NCBI GenBank assembly: GCA_964016885.1
Contig: OZ024743.1
Span: 102,424,001-102,488,000 of the forward strand
Direction of reading: 5' to 3'
DNA from: Eledone cirrhosa
Taxonomy: Eukaryota
DNA: 64,000 nt
Shown here one piece after another: positions 40,827 through 55,908 of this stretch (positions are counted from its first letter, which is position 1; each line of letters opens with the position of its first letter). Below the pieces are notes generated by a model. The model saw only the letters and a program-made list of their open reading frames with translations. It did not search any database and was not told the origin of the DNA. The translations under genes and the position numbers were made by a program.

Positions 40827-42254
40827 CTAATGTATGTTGCAGCATAATAAATAATATATTCCCCATGGTGATAGTTGTCAAACATATCCTTGTCTAAATA
40901 ACACGCTCATTAATTCATGAATTCACATCTAATTTGTATGATAGGGAAGAAGAGAGAATTTAATTCTTCAATTTAAAAAGAATGCTAATATAAAGTAAGC
41001 TGCTTCAGTGTATGTTTTTTAGTCTATGAAAATATTAAAGAAAAGTGTGCAGCATCTTTCAGCGGAATTTAAGTCACATATAGCATATGTCAGACGGTTG
41101 TGCTATCATCACTCCAAACTCACACTCCTCACCGTACCTGATATTTTAATTCCTTATATCTCAGCCAGTATTATGTAAACAATAAACCAATCCTATTGAA
41201 GAAGCACTGACTAAATTTACTCAGCGATTCTTGAAGATTTTCTATAAATGTTTACATAGAAATCTTCGTTATTTAGTTTTTTTTTTAAACATAAGTATTC
41301 AGTGAATGTTTTCTAACATTGGCATAGTACCAATAGCCAAAAATGTGTTGGGGAATTTTGTCGATGATTAAATAAAGCTTAGTACATGATTGATCATTTT
41401 GATTTCTTTTGACTACGGAGATTGCCAAGTTTTTCAAGAGGAGTGTAATGCCTAATTCAATCTATTTCACTTCATTACTAGTAGATATGTGAGCTAATGA
41501 GAAGACATCAATGCTATCGCTCGCTCTCTTGGAAACACATCCGAACTTCCTATATAGTGTAAGATCCATTAGATAATGTAGTCTTAGATATCTCTAGAAT
41601 GAAAATATTTTCCCTACAAGAATATCTTTTGAGCTGTTTCCTGCAGGTTAAGGGACAACATATATGTTGGTTCACATATGCTTGGTGTTTGTTATTGGCA
41701 CGGAATGACTGAAATACAAAAACTACCTAAATTGGACTAGACATGAACTTGTACAAGGATATAACTAAATACTAAACTGTATTTAGTTTGTCTCTTTATA
41801 ATATTAATACTGGAAGTATTTGTTTAATATTGAAATCAATATATCCACAATATATTGATGCCTGGTTTATATCAATTTATATCCAATTCGAATAACTGTA
41901 TATTCAATTCTTATTCGTTCTTAAACGAAAACGAAAAAAAGAACATTAGGTTAAATGGACTGCAATTCGTGTTACATCTGTTGCCTTTAGGAAATATTCA
42001 TCATTTAATGTCCAGTATATCTCACTAAACCATACACTTTATGTGAAGTAATTTCTTTGGATTTCTTTATACAATATAATCGTTAACATCTGTAAATCGG
42101 ACGGAAAACAATATTCATAGACTTCTTTCTGAAAAACGATATTTGTTTGGTCTTCAGCCAAATTTCTCTGACAGCTTATTTTGGTCACGCTGTTTCAGAA
42201 GCCAAATAAATATGTATTTAAATACATAATGACCGATACTATTTCTGGTAGGCA

Positions 42255-43150
42255 ATAATAATAATTGTTTCTAATTTAGGCACAAGGCCAGCAATTACTC
42301 AGTTCATTACTGGTACTTTATTTTATCGACCCCTAAGGTAGGCAATAATAATAATGATTTCTAGTATAGGCACAAGGCCAGTAATTAGGGGGTGGGGGAG
42401 TCGAATAAATCGACCCTAGTACGTTACTGGTGCTTTATGTTATCGACCCCGTAAGGATGAAAAGCAAAGTTAACATCGGGGTGATTAGAACTCAGAACAT
42501 AAAGGCCATAACTCTATGCCTCAAAGCATAGTGTCCGACGCTCTACCGATACTGCCAACGAAAATAATGGTTTTTTTATATAGGCATAAGGTCATCAATT
42601 TTGGTGGAGGGGAAAGTCGTTTAAATCGACACAAGTGCGTGACTGGTACTTTATTTTGTCGACCCCGTAAGGATTAAAAGCAAAGTTAACCTCGTCGGGA
42701 TTTGAACTCAGAATGGCAAGGGCCCTAACTCTATGCGTCAAAGCATACCAATACTGCCAATGCAGATAATAATAGTGATAATAATTGTTTCTACTTTAGG
42801 CACAAGGCCAGCAATTAACCAGTGCATTACTGGTACTTTATTTCATCGACCCCGTAAGGATGAAAGGCAAAGTCAACCTCGGCGGGATTTGAACTAAGAT
42901 AATAAAGGGACGTAACTCTATGCCTCAAAGCATGGCGTCCGACTCTCTACCGATACTGCCAATCCACCGCCAATCCATCGCCCCTAATAGTGATAATAAT
43001 TGTTTCTACTTTAGGCACAAGGCCAGCAATTACCCAGTGCATTACTGGTACTTTATTTCATCGACCCAGTAAGGATGAAAGGCAAAGTCGACCTCGGCGG
43101 GATTTGAACTCAGATCGTAAAGGGACGTAACTATGCTAGAAAGCATGACA
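42255..43150 (-). mobile_element. Head-to-tail cluster of about five copies of the same Nin-like SINE
   Basis: Repeated ggcacaaggccagc...ctggtactttatt..atcgacccc.taaggatgaaa.gcaaagt..acctcggcgggatttgaactcag units. Confidence 0.85.
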
Positions 43151-43757
43151 TCTGTTTTAATTTTACTTGACAATCTGTTTGTAATGTACAGAGGACATAG
43201 TTTTATGAAATAAATCTATGTAGAGTTATTCTGGCTAAATATATGTGCTCTTGACGTTATGCTTCGGGAATTTAGGCTCAGATCTTTTTACTACAATTTC
43301 ACACTGCTATAGTAGGTTTACACGTTCTAGTTCGTATATAGACGGGTGTTTATTAAGTGTTAAGTGCTTTTCCACCGTCACGTCGGTGCTTTTCCACCGT
43401 CATGTCGTAATGTTGATGACCTATCATGGATAGGGATGGTTATATTTTAGCTGAAAACCAAGAACGTTTGTCAGTCGTAGGTTGGAACTATGAAGAATAC
43501 ATCAAAACAGAAAGTATCTAATATTCTTTAACGAAACCTCGGAACAAAAGACAAAAATAAAAAGATCTTTCCTCTTTCCTTATTCCCGTGCCTCGTTTCG
43601 TATATAAGATCGTACAGATTTGTAAGCACATAAGGGATGATAAACAAATAAAAATACTTAGTTAAAAAAAAGAAATTACTCAAAATACACAAGCGAAATC
43701 TCCCCCTCCTCACACACAAACACATACATATATACACACACACACAATCATCTGTAA

Positions 43758-43841
<84 letters not shown>

Positions 43842-44594
43842 ATGTGTGTGTGCGTGTGTGTACGTGAGTGTGTGTGCGTGCGTGAGCGTGTGTGTGTGTG
43901 TGTGTGTGTGCGTCAGTGTGTTTGTGTGTTTATTACCATATACTTATATATAGATATGCTGATTACATATGCATTAAGAAGATTAAATACTTTAGGAATT
44001 AAAGCAGAAATAAATACTAAATATATATAGACATACGTCTTTGCATAACATGGAAGACAAAAACCTGAAAAACGAAAGGCAAATACATTTAATGTTAACG
44101 AATGTGGGTTGGTATAGCTAGAATATATATATAGATCCTCTTTTGCTATGAAGAAGAAAGATATAATCGAATCGATAATTATGAATGAATATTATGAAGT
44201 ACTATTGTAGAATGTCGCCGTAACTTTTGCTTGATTATAATAGAAAGCAGCATTGTTATTAGATATTTTCCTTTTACCCTAGAAAAATCTATTTTCTACT
44301 GGAAATTTTAAAAAATCTTCTTACCACGTTTACTTCATTTTGTTTTCTTTACCATCATTTGTAGCCCTGCAGTGTTATGGGTTGATCAGCCAGGTATAGA
44401 TTTCAAATGTTTTTTGTCTTCATCAACATAGTTACAAATGCATATAAGTCAATTTCTGTTGTTTCCTATTCAACCTCCCACACCAGTAAATCCTCGCTGC
44501 ACATAATCTAGGATATATTGTTCTAAAATAGTTTTCGGATTTCTATCTTACAAAGCTCTGCAGTTTTGTATGAAGACAAATCAAGATAAAATAA

Positions 44595-44945
44595 ATTCAT
44601 AATTGTTTCTATTTTAGGCACAAGGCCAGCAATTAACCAGTACATTACTGGTACTTTATTTTATCGACCCCGTAAGGATGAAAGGCAAAGTTAACCTCGG
44701 CGGGATTTGAACTCACATCGTACCTCGGCGGGATTTGAACTCAGATCGTAAAGGGACGTAAAATTCATAATTGTTTCTACTTTAGGCACAAGGCCAGCAA
44801 TTACCCAGTGCATTACTGGTACTTTATTTTATCGACCCCGTAAGGATGAAAGGCAAAGTCAACCTCGGCGGGATTTGAACTCAGATCGTAAAGGGACATA
44901 ACTATGCTGGAAAGCATGGCGTTCGACCCTCTACCGATACTGCCA
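44595..44945 (-). mobile_element. Tandem pair of Nin-like SINEs
   Basis: Two units of the same consensus, the first with an internal duplication of acctcggcgggatttgaactca.atcgt. Confidence 0.85.
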
Positions 44946-46049
44946 TGACAAATAATACTAGTTATTTCTAGCATTGACATTGGGGGAAGACGAAAGTCTA
45001 TTATACTTAATAGTTCTATTAGTTCTTAATAGTCTATTATACTTAAATGGTTCTTTATTTTATTGATCTAGGAAGGATGAAAGGCACAGTTAATCTGGCT
45101 GAGACTTGAACTCAAGGCAAACACATTCTTAACTAAATACAGCACACATTTTATTTGACGCCTACTTATAATGCCAATACATATCACTACACCAAAGTAT
45201 CTGTACGACCACCACATTTAACCTTCTTGAAAAATAGTTATCCACAAAATATGGAGATATAAATTAAACAATGAACTGATGTTTTGCATTGTTTCACTTT
45301 TTTATTTCTCACTAACATTTCACAAACAATTCGTAATACAAGACATTCAGCTAATACATCGTAGAATTTAAATATATATTCAATAGATCTATTTGAAGCT
45401 TACAGTTCCTTTCTGTGAGAATATATAACCAAGTTACATTTGAATTTTCTTTATTCCCCCCCCCCCCCCCCCCCGGATGACGACAGTAGTGCAAATATTT
45501 TATGAATGCACTCAGTTTCCGAAAAATTCTTTTTATCCCTAGATAGTATGTATATTCTAAATTATATATGTTGTGATGTTATCAATTCAGTTAGATCACA
45601 AAACATTATATTAATTCATTTCGCCCTAAACACTTCACTAAAATATGAAATATTCATGATGTATCTTGATATATATATATATATATATATGAGTGTGTCT
45701 ATGTGTGCTTATGTATGTGTCCGTGTGTGTTTGCATGTATCACTTTATATATGAATTCAGATATAGACGTATTTCTATGTACGGTCTAAAAACACGCGAC
45801 TAGAAACTATATTTTGATTACATTCATCTCATCATATCTATTGAAATGCATTTATAGAAATATTCTATTTTTTAAAGCACTTTTGAAAAACCACTGACGA
45901 TGAATTTATTAGTATTAATCGTCATATATTCATCTTCATCTAACATTTCTTATGACCATACCATTCTATTTGGACTATTTTAACTGAACTATATTAATAA
46001 TTGGAATAAAATTAGTTTTATTAGTTCGTTTCTTCTTATTATTATTATG

Positions 46050-46175
46050 GTCTGAGCTCAAATCCCGCCGAGGTTAACTTTGCCTTTAATCATCACGGTG
46101 TTGATAAAATAAAGTACCAGTAATGCACTGGCTTAATTGCTGGCCTTGTGCCAAAAGTAGAAACAATTATTATTA
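46050..46175 (+). mobile_element. 5'-truncated Nin-like SINE
   Basis: ctgagctcaaatcccgccgaggttaactttgccttt...aaagtaccagtaatgcactgg...ggccttgtgccaaaagtagaaacaattattatt. Confidence 0.8.
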
Positions 46176-46822
46176 TAGTGTTGATAGCTATCAATTCTGT
46201 AGTCACATACGTTTTGCTTTAAAGGTATATCATGACATTTTCAAGATATACGTACTGTTTTCTTTCAGCATTAAAATCAACCCAACCATCTAACATTACC
46301 AGGGAACATAATCACAATTATGATTACTATGTTGCATAGACACGTATTCCGTCCACATACTTCTAAACAGAATTTCTCGACGTAATTTCACTGAAAAGGT
46401 ATGGGTTGACCTGATGCTGGGGAAAATGATACATGCTCGAGATACCATGCAGTTGGATCGAAACCTTGGCCTTCATGATTGTGAAACGAACTTCTTAACC
46501 ATTCGGTCATTCTATGTCTACTGGTTTACATTATAGATCAGATTATAACAAAAGAAAAACAGAATATACTATAACAATGTTTATTCAGTATGTTAGTGTT
46601 TTCCCTCTATTTTTTATTGTAAAATGCTTTTTACACAATATTCATAATGTGTTTTGTTTCACAAATACCACTTACAAATTAATCCCATCTCCATCATTTC
46701 CATTTCCAATATCTGCGCAATTTTATATTTCTCAGTAAGCTTGTACACTACATATAATTATGTAAATTTATTTAAATGGATGACTTGCAGTATTTTAATT
46801 CAATTTCTCTGAACATGACACA

Positions 46823-46911
<89 letters not shown>

Positions 46912-47686
46912 TGTCTGCTAAGTATGCGTAAAAAGATATATACGTATTGCATCTTATTTATATATACCTATAAACTCATTATTTCTCCCCCCCCCCCCAA
47001 TTTCTTTTATTATAGCAAATATATATATATATATATATATATTGAAAGATAAAACAAAAAGTAAATTTGGCAACAGTAAAAGAAATTTGCTATGTATTCA
47101 ATCATTGTAATAAAATTCTAAAGAAATCGATACACAAAAGCAAGTAAAATAGATAGGTAAGTGTAAAGCATAAAAATAAAATTATACTGTTAGCCGATTT
47201 GTAAATTCCAGACGCAATTTGGCTGCTTGCAAGCAATTCCTTTCATGTGACGTTAAAATCTAGTCTTGGCAAGCAGCTCGGTTCTGATTTCGTTTAAATT
47301 GGAACTGAGGAGCATTGGGCAAATGTACCATTTCTACTAAATTTTATTGGAAATGTTGTGCTTGAATCGGGCTGTCCATGCTTTCAGTATTAATAACAAT
47401 GCCAATATCATATATCCCAGCTGTCGATAATACTAATACTATCACATAACTCTCACGTCATCGTCAACTCGAACATATATTGCCACCACATTCAACCAAT
47501 GTACCATAAAGAAAAATCAAAACACAAATACTAACAAAAATATATAACATCAGAATAGCGTCAATTTTCATGATTTCATGACCTCTTACAGCAGTATAGA
47601 CCTATTGCAACATTTGATATAATTGACATTAAATATCGATTATACACACACATACATACACCCCCCATGCATACACACACACACAC

Positions 47687-47726
<40 letters not shown>

Positions 47727-47827
47727 CATTTGTATGTATATATAAATATATACGTATATATATATTTATATATACACTTACATTTGTATGTGTACTTTTA
47801 AATATATACGTATATATAAATATATAC

Positions 47828-47882
<55 letters not shown>

Positions 47883-48454
47883 GCATATATATAGTTGTAT
47901 GTAGGTTTACGTATACAAACACATGTGTATGTGTGTGTGTGTACATATATGTGTGTGTGTGTGTGTGTGAGAAACGGAGCGAGAGAATTATTCCAGATAT
48001 TCAATGGCAATTACAATTAATAGTCTCAAAAAGATATTCTAAGTTAAAAAAAAACTGACTACATGTTAATAACTGTAATGATGAAAATGTTAATGATCCA
48101 CTGGTTTACGTTATATCATGAAAAGCGATTACGTTGTAAATGAAAATGGTATTTATCTCTTTTTCTCGTCACACGTAGGATAAATCAGAATCGATTGTAT
48201 TCAGAGTTAAATTAACTCCATTTCAACATTGGCAGCGCCAGTGATATGAAACAACCAAATTTTCCATAGACGTACAAATACATTTGCTGATTTGGAATTA
48301 GACCAACATTGTGTGTTTAGTGTTTGTGTGAATCGTTTGTTTCTTTTGTATGGAAAGCATTGATGCATCAACAGAGATTCGGCGGCAGATAGCTTAATAT
48401 GTTTTTGTTTCAAGATTTGTATGTTTTCTCAACTGTTGTAAAATGTGGTGGTTA

Positions 48455-48606
48455 AGACTACAACACTGAGAACTAGTTGAACGCGATATTAATATTAAAT
48501 TATTTGTATACAACTAATGCATATTTATTAGAGACTACAACACAGAACTAGTTGAACGCGATATTAATATTAAATTATTTGTATACAACTAATGCATATT
48601 TATTAG
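48455..48606. repeat. ~76-bp tandem duplication
   Basis: agactacaacac..agaactagttgaacgcgatattaatattaaattatttgtatacaactaatgcatatttattag occurs twice. Confidence 0.9.
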
Positions 48607-50048
48607 GCAGCAAATTCCGTATATTTACAACACATCATCAGACAGTTATTTAATTATGATACAATATTGCTTTATTTGTTTATGTGCCATTCCAAGCGGT
48701 GATAGCGACGGCGGTGGAAATAGCGTTGTTTCGTGGTGTAGTGTAGTTAATATAAGGGAGCATTAGAAGTAAAATGTTGTTGTTTATATCCAAATCGTCT
48801 CTCACCAAGCAGACATATGATCTGAGGCAGCGAAATAATTATAATGGCATGGATCATTTAATGTATTTCTTTTCAAAGTGATGTCATGCCGTTTGAGTTA
48901 AGGGATGTTTTGGCTGTCACGTCTAACAGGTTAAGTGACAACAAATATATTCCGTTTATATTGAGATTTAAACCGTAGTTTAGACAAATCTATAACCAGT
49001 GAGATGAACAATTACAAATATAATCTAAACGTTAATGATTCCAGCATCATACTTCACGTCTCTTACAAGCAAATGATATTGCATAGTACAACGGACTGTA
49101 TTCTGTATCAATTAATAGGTATACGTTTGGCTACCCTGTATAGGTGTATGAATTAGTGTCGCGAAACGGAGTCGTAGAGGCGCCGCAGTAATGAGAAACT
49201 CATCTTGGGCATTTAAAATCTGATGCAACTGATTATTCCAAGAAAAGGAGAGAGCGAGAGAGAGAGAGAGAGAGAGAGAGATAGGAGAAAAGGGAGAGCG
49301 AGAGAGAGAGCGACAAAGAAAGTGAGAGTGAGACTTAGAGGAAGAATCGACTGGATAAAAGGCCAATTTGAGCGCAACTGGATTTGAACTCAGAGAGCTG
49401 AAACAAATATAGCAAAGCATTCTAGCTAACTTTCTACCTTTCTGCCAATTCGCTAACTTTTCTTTCTCTAGATACCAGTAATTCAAGTGATAATGATCAG
49501 GATCTCAGAACAGAACACCAATATTTCATGTCATAATGACATCAGCAACATTTCCTAAGCTCTACCAGAGATTTTATATACGATACGATTGTCCGCTGAA
49601 AGTTAAAAGCTAGTTGAAGAAATGCATGTTAAAACATCACAAGTACAATTAAGGTTTGCTGACAGCAATATCGACAACTTTGAAGGCAATCTTCTGTAAC
49701 CACTCAAGCCACAGCTAAAAGTCACCTACTCATAGATATTGATTGATATGAACCTAACGCTTACACAGAGGTTTTTGTGTTCTTCATTACTAAAGTTGGG
49801 TTCCATGATATTATCGCGTCATTGACTTCTCTTCTGAGAATATTGCATAATATTCCATTTATTTTCCTCTCAGCAATGATTTCGCACTGTTGCTATAGCG
49901 TAACATGCATTTATTTTACAATCCTTAAATCTTTCACTCGATAATACACATATACATACATACACACATACATACATCCATGCACACACACGTACATACA
50001 TACACTCATACACACATACACACATACATACATACATACATACATACA

Positions 50049-50080
<32 letters not shown>

Positions 50081-50081
<1 letters not shown>

Positions 50082-50345
50082 GGAGGCACGTGGCTTACAT
50101 GGTTAGTGCTTTGGATTCACAATCATGAATTTTTGAGAGTTCAAATCACAGAGCTGGTGTTGTTTTCTTGAACAAGACTTTATTTCACGTTGTTCCATTT
50201 CACTCAGCTAGACATATGAGTTGCGACGACACTGGGGCCAAGCTGTATCGGCTTTGCCCTTACCTTTGACAACACCGATGGGAGACTGGTATGCATAGAA
50301 TGACTGCTGAGCTTCTACAAAGCTTCCGTGCCTGGCATTGTGCCT
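50081..50345 (+). mobile_element. tRNA-derived SINE (same family as 34290-34406), decayed
   Basis: ggaggcacgtggcttacatggttagtg A-box, gagttcaaatc B-box, ttcttgaacaagactttatttcacgttg core. Confidence 0.65.
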
Positions 50346-50389
50346 CAGAACATTCTTGGTCCCCCGTACACATATATATACATAAAACA

Positions 50390-50697
50390 AGATGGTGTAG
50401 GACACAAGTTCCAATATACAAGTAGTGTATCCGCCCAGCATATGCATTTGTTTACTTAATGTTGCATTGTGCTGCATGAGTCCAGTTTTGCCAGCATTCA
50501 GGAAGAGTTCAAAGGACTATGGTGCAGCCTCCATTCTCAGTATCACCTTCTCATCTTTTTAGCAGGTGTTTACCATGAGAGATATGTCATCTGCATACGC
50601 CATTTCGGGTAGAACCTCTTCAGGATGTCGGGTACTTTGTCGACTTTTCAATATTATTCGGTTTGATGGTCCAATGGCATTACTCAATGTATAATCA
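50390..50697 (-). pseudogene. RTE-clade reverse transcriptase fragment
   Basis: Manual translation RQSTRHPEEVLPEMAYADDISLM...LFLNAGKT with stops (YADD catalytic motif). Confidence 0.7.
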
Positions 50698-52379
50698 TGT
50701 ATATCATCTACCTATCGATATCTATCTACCTAGCTATCTATATATACATGAATGCGCGTTAGTATATGTATTTTCATTTCTATATATAACCTGATTGTCG
50801 GTTAGCTACTATATCAATATACAGTCTTTATACCCAATTTAATCATGGAATATCTTAAAAGAGTTAAATTTCCTTTTATTGCAATGCTTATATTCTATAT
50901 CATAGACTACAAATCTATATAAGGCAAATTTATATAACTAGAAGCGAATAAACCTTACTATAATCACTTATTTCCAATAAATTCTTGATGGAAGAAAGGA
51001 AAATGTGTTTGTCCAGATATTTTGGAAGACATTGCTGTGTTAACATCCAATTTTAATCTCTCTATCCTCTATTGTATACTTAAGTTGAAATCTTAAACAT
51101 TGTGACTGAAATGTCGCACTAAGATAACAACGCGCGAATAAATGTATCATTTTCAATCATAATATTTCTCTTCAATTTTCAATCTGAATCGAATATGTTT
51201 GTCCACTGCATTGAAACCAATATAGCAAGTCGTTACGTCGTAGGCGTACCGTTTTAAAAATCATTAATCTTAGTGGACGAGATTTTATATAGTATTTTAT
51301 AGCTTTAATAGAATGCGGATAATGCAGGTGTTGTCATAGCAAATATTTATAGGCAACTTTCTAACGCTGTCTACCAGTTGTTTGGGGTAAAGAATAGAGA
51401 GATCTGAATACTGTTACGTGTTCCTTACAGATCAAGAAATAGAAGACACTTCAACATGTGTAACCACATCGTCCTAAAGCTTCTCTATTCTCGACCTTCG
51501 GTTATTCCTCTGATATATACAAATGTTGAAAGTTCTCTTTTCCCAGGACTGCTTACGGAAGTGCCGTAAAATAAATGAACCTTTCCTTTGATTTATATTT
51601 CTTTTTTTGGTTCATGACCAAAAGCAGTAAATTACATTGCCGCCTGTTATTTGACTATAGAGATAATATATATAATAAAAGTGGAGCCGAAATAGTAGAA
51701 ACAGTTTGTTGGAATATAATTCTATATAAATAATAAATATTCCTTGACATTTCCATCATATTAGACATTAAGCAATGACAAATAAGAGGATTATTTATAG
51801 GTAAACAAATGGGTAAACAATTTTGCCTGTAACATGCGTTACAGGCAAAATATGGTATTAATATAATCTTGGATATAAAATGTAGATACGCTATCCTTAT
51901 TTCTTTATTTTCTCTTCCCTTTCAGACTTAATCTTATATCAGTTATACATACCCAAACACATACGTACGCACTTACACACACACACACACACACACACAT
52001 ACACAAACATACACACACACGCACACATACATATATATATATTAAGAAAAAGCGATGATATTTCGTTTGCATGCTTTTATTGATTATCGACCCGTTACTG
52101 ACGTTTCACAAATGATTGGCTCAAGTACCACCATGTCTGCTATGGGCCTGACTCCTGTATCGATCTGTTCGTCTGACTTGGTAATTAAACAAAAGCAGCA
52201 GAGAGAGAGTATATTTCAGGTGATCGGCAAAGTGCTCAGTAAATATAATCTCCGGCCCATTTCTTCCGTAGGTGTATGTATATGTATACATATATGTTTT
52301 TGCTGTGTGTTCTTTTGTGAATCTGTATATATGCCGGATATCACAATAAACAAACCAAGATGGAAGACAATAAACTCCC

Positions 52380-53480
52380 TCAGAGGAGTCGTGAGGAATT
52401 TGGTAGGGCTATGCGATGGTGTCTGGTTACATTTGTTGGTCTGATCGGAAAAACGACGACACCAACAACAACGACAACAAAGACAACAACATTAGCAACT
52501 TGAACAGTATCTACATTACACAGTCGTAATGCCAATAATAATGGTTTCTTTATTTGCGACACAGGGATGACGGTTAGCCTTACCGAGACACCCCGGACGG
52601 GTTCGAGATGTATACACCACTTAATCGCCGAAAATGTGTGTGAAGGCTTGTGCCGCGGAAATACTGGTCTCGCTAATGGTCGCCACATTTATGTTTAATG
52701 ACGTGGTGACAGGTGATCCGGCTTCCAAGACGACCCAATGCCACGGGTATTTATACTGCCTATCCTGAGTGAAGCCATGCGTGTCGAAGAGTAGGAAAAA
52801 TTGGGAAGGATCATTTACTGAATTCATGTGAAGGGGGGATGGTTGATCCTTTATTCCAACAGATTGTGGGCCCTTTACCCAAGAATATCACAGTAAATCC
52901 GTTTGGCAATCTATCATTGAAAATATCCAATTCTATTGGGGAATGTTTGTTCTATCTTTTGTATGTATGGAGATCATGCGACCGTTTTTCTTGGATGGGG
53001 GGTTGTCATTTTCTGTAATTGTGCTGTTGCGATTTATGTGGTACATTAGTTTGTTGTTGTTACAGATATATGTTTGGTTGTGTTTGGGATGTTGTTTGTG
53101 TTGGTGATACTTGTGTAGCTGTTGGAATTAATGTATTAATAAGGCTGTAGCATTTTCCCCAATTAATTTTTTTTCTTCAAGGCGAAATCAGATAATTCTT
53201 AAAACTTTTTTGTCTTTGTCGAAGAGGGTTTTCCTCTCTTCATCTTCATCACAATTCATATCTAATTGTATGAACTCGGGTAGGTTCCTGTCTGCCACGC
53301 GCAATGATTTTGTTGGTGATGGTGGTGTTGGTTCTGTTCTGGCTGAAACTGTTGAGTGTGAATGGCATTCTTCCTATTGTTGGTGTCGCCTTCCGTGTTT
53401 TAGATTGAAGCACCAACGTCGTTCACTTCGCTTTTTGCGTGGCATTTTCGGAGATTCTCGCTGCCTCTGTTGTTGCTGGC
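52380..53480 (-). pseudogene. Possible highly decayed LINE ORF1/AP-endonuclease remnant
   Basis: SLNINVATISET resembles the APE xDIxxIxET motif; many stops and frameshifts. Confidence 0.3.
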
Positions 53481-53563
53481 ACAACACACACACACACACG
53501 CACACACACATATATATATATATATATATGCATATGTTTATATGTGTACAAATGCATATATAT

Positions 53564-53651
<88 letters not shown>

Positions 53652-55835
53652 TTATATACACACCTCCCAATATATATATATATATAGTGAGAGAGAGAGA
53701 AGGAGAGAGAGAGAGAGAGTTAGAGAGAGTATTAGATGACCTCCAATATATAATTATCACTCTTATAACAAATGTTAGATAGTCGTACTTCAAAACATCA
53801 TGATGAGATATGTTACTTAGTTAAAACATAATTCACGTCAACAGGATTATTCATATAAAACGTCACTTCTTCTCAAACAGTCTTCAATTTAGTTAAGAAT
53901 ATGCTATCGTTAATATCTTCTACCTTAATGGAGTGTATCACTCAGAGAGTTGCATTTGACAAATTACATTTCCTTCTGGCAGATATATTTGTATAGAAGA
54001 GCCAAAGGAATCTTTTAATGCATAACGTGACTATAATCAAGATATTTCCAACAAGTGATTTTTATACACATCTTATTTTGACAGTGTCTTACAATACAGT
54101 TTTCGTTTCATACTATTTGTTTCTGTACGAAGTACAATATTATGTTTGGAAATCAGTTTCCAGAGAATATGTGTGGCAGAGTAACTGATTTATTTACCAT
54201 TGGAGAAAGCTGCAAAGAACTAAATAAAGAATTATAGTCAATAGGAATGTTATAATCCTATTATATATGTAGATTTACAACCATGATATGCCCAGATCAG
54301 GTTTATTTTCTTTTTATTTAGGTTCAATTCTATTCAATGAAATAAAGGAATAGAAAGTGTCATAACAAGTTCATACAAGAGAATTATTGCACTATGCTAT
54401 TCTCATAAGACGAATAAATACGACCATGAATATAATGAGGTGTTTGTTAGCTTAATGTTTTAAGGTACCATACCTCCAGGATGAAATTTGGCATCCGTCC
54501 TTCTGGTTGTCGATGAAACATTTTCTAGAATTATTCCAGGTCCACCAAACCGTGTTTATTTTACAGGGCAAGTTGGGACGTATTTATGCAAGAACGAGCA
54601 ATAATTGTTGTTGAAGCATGGTAGCTCTTGTTAATCAGAACAACATGTTTGATAGGTAAGAGTAATTGCAGTAGCTGGTAGGGAATTAACTATGTGATGG
54701 ACTAGTGTCCTGTCCTGGGAGAATTTGTACACTCAGTCGCTTAACGTCACGAAAACCGGGAGAAGTAGCATTCTCATGAGCCTCCGAGTTTTAGAAAGAC
54801 TTTAAATATATTATCCTGCTAAATATTCATTTGTTTTCATATCTCCATGTATTGGCAGAACCAAAAGTTTTCTTTAACAGAATGTTATTCGTTCCATTCT
54901 GATGATGAATTGAACTACTTTCACAATTATATCTGCAAAGTTATTTTTGGAGATATATTGAAATAATTGTGTATAAATGTACGAGTGTCACATGATCTAA
55001 AACGTTGCTTAGGCATGGCAATCCTTTGTTTGAAGTTGGCTACATCTATTATCCAGGCCCTTCATGAATTACAGTGGCATAATCGGCAATACCTTTTGTA
55101 AGGTATTACAAACTGCCCTACCTGCAATTGTCCAGTGTGTATTAGTCGGACAATATCCAGCATAGATGAGCCGGGAGCAGCAAGCTAAAATCTTCATTTG
55201 AATTAGATTTTGAACTGTGGAATTGAATCACAGCTAACCCAAATTGTAAGCTCTTTAACTATCCACTGCCATATAATGCAATATGTGTTACTAAAATTGT
55301 AAATTATACCAAACATACATTGAATCAATTGTTTTCTATGCTCAACACAGCCTTCATCAAGTCCTGATTTTATTATTAGTGAATCTAAAATGAGCGCTGA
55401 TTCGTCAATATGGGGAGCTTGCTTTCTACGCATGGCACATGTCGTTTGATGCAAACAGCTGAAAGTGAATGTCATGACATAATATTTTTGTCATTAGGCC
55501 CAGTGCATCTAAGACTACATTTTTAATGCACTCTTTCATTATTTATGATTGCAGTCTGAGAAGTAGCACCTCATACCTTCAGGATGGTCGGAAACCAGAA
55601 GCCCTCTTGTTGATATTCTATAATTATTGGCTACATTGACACATGATCAGCAATTTTTAAGAAGAGGAAGTCGAATATATCTACTGAGTATCTAACTGGT
55701 ATTATATTCCATCAAACCCCGAAGGATGAACGACAATGTTGAACTTGGCGTAATTGACCTCAGAACGTAGAAAGTCAAAACTAAATACCACAAAGCATTT
55801 TATCCGGTGCTATACTAATACTGGCAATCAACCGT

Positions 55836-55908
<73 letters not shown>

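Noticed and set aside
42255-43150. Regularly recurring repeats superficially like a CRISPR array or tRNA gene cluster
   Set aside because: Units are 100-200 bp SINE bodies with A/B boxes but no cloverleaf and no unique spacers; eukaryotic context with no cas genes.
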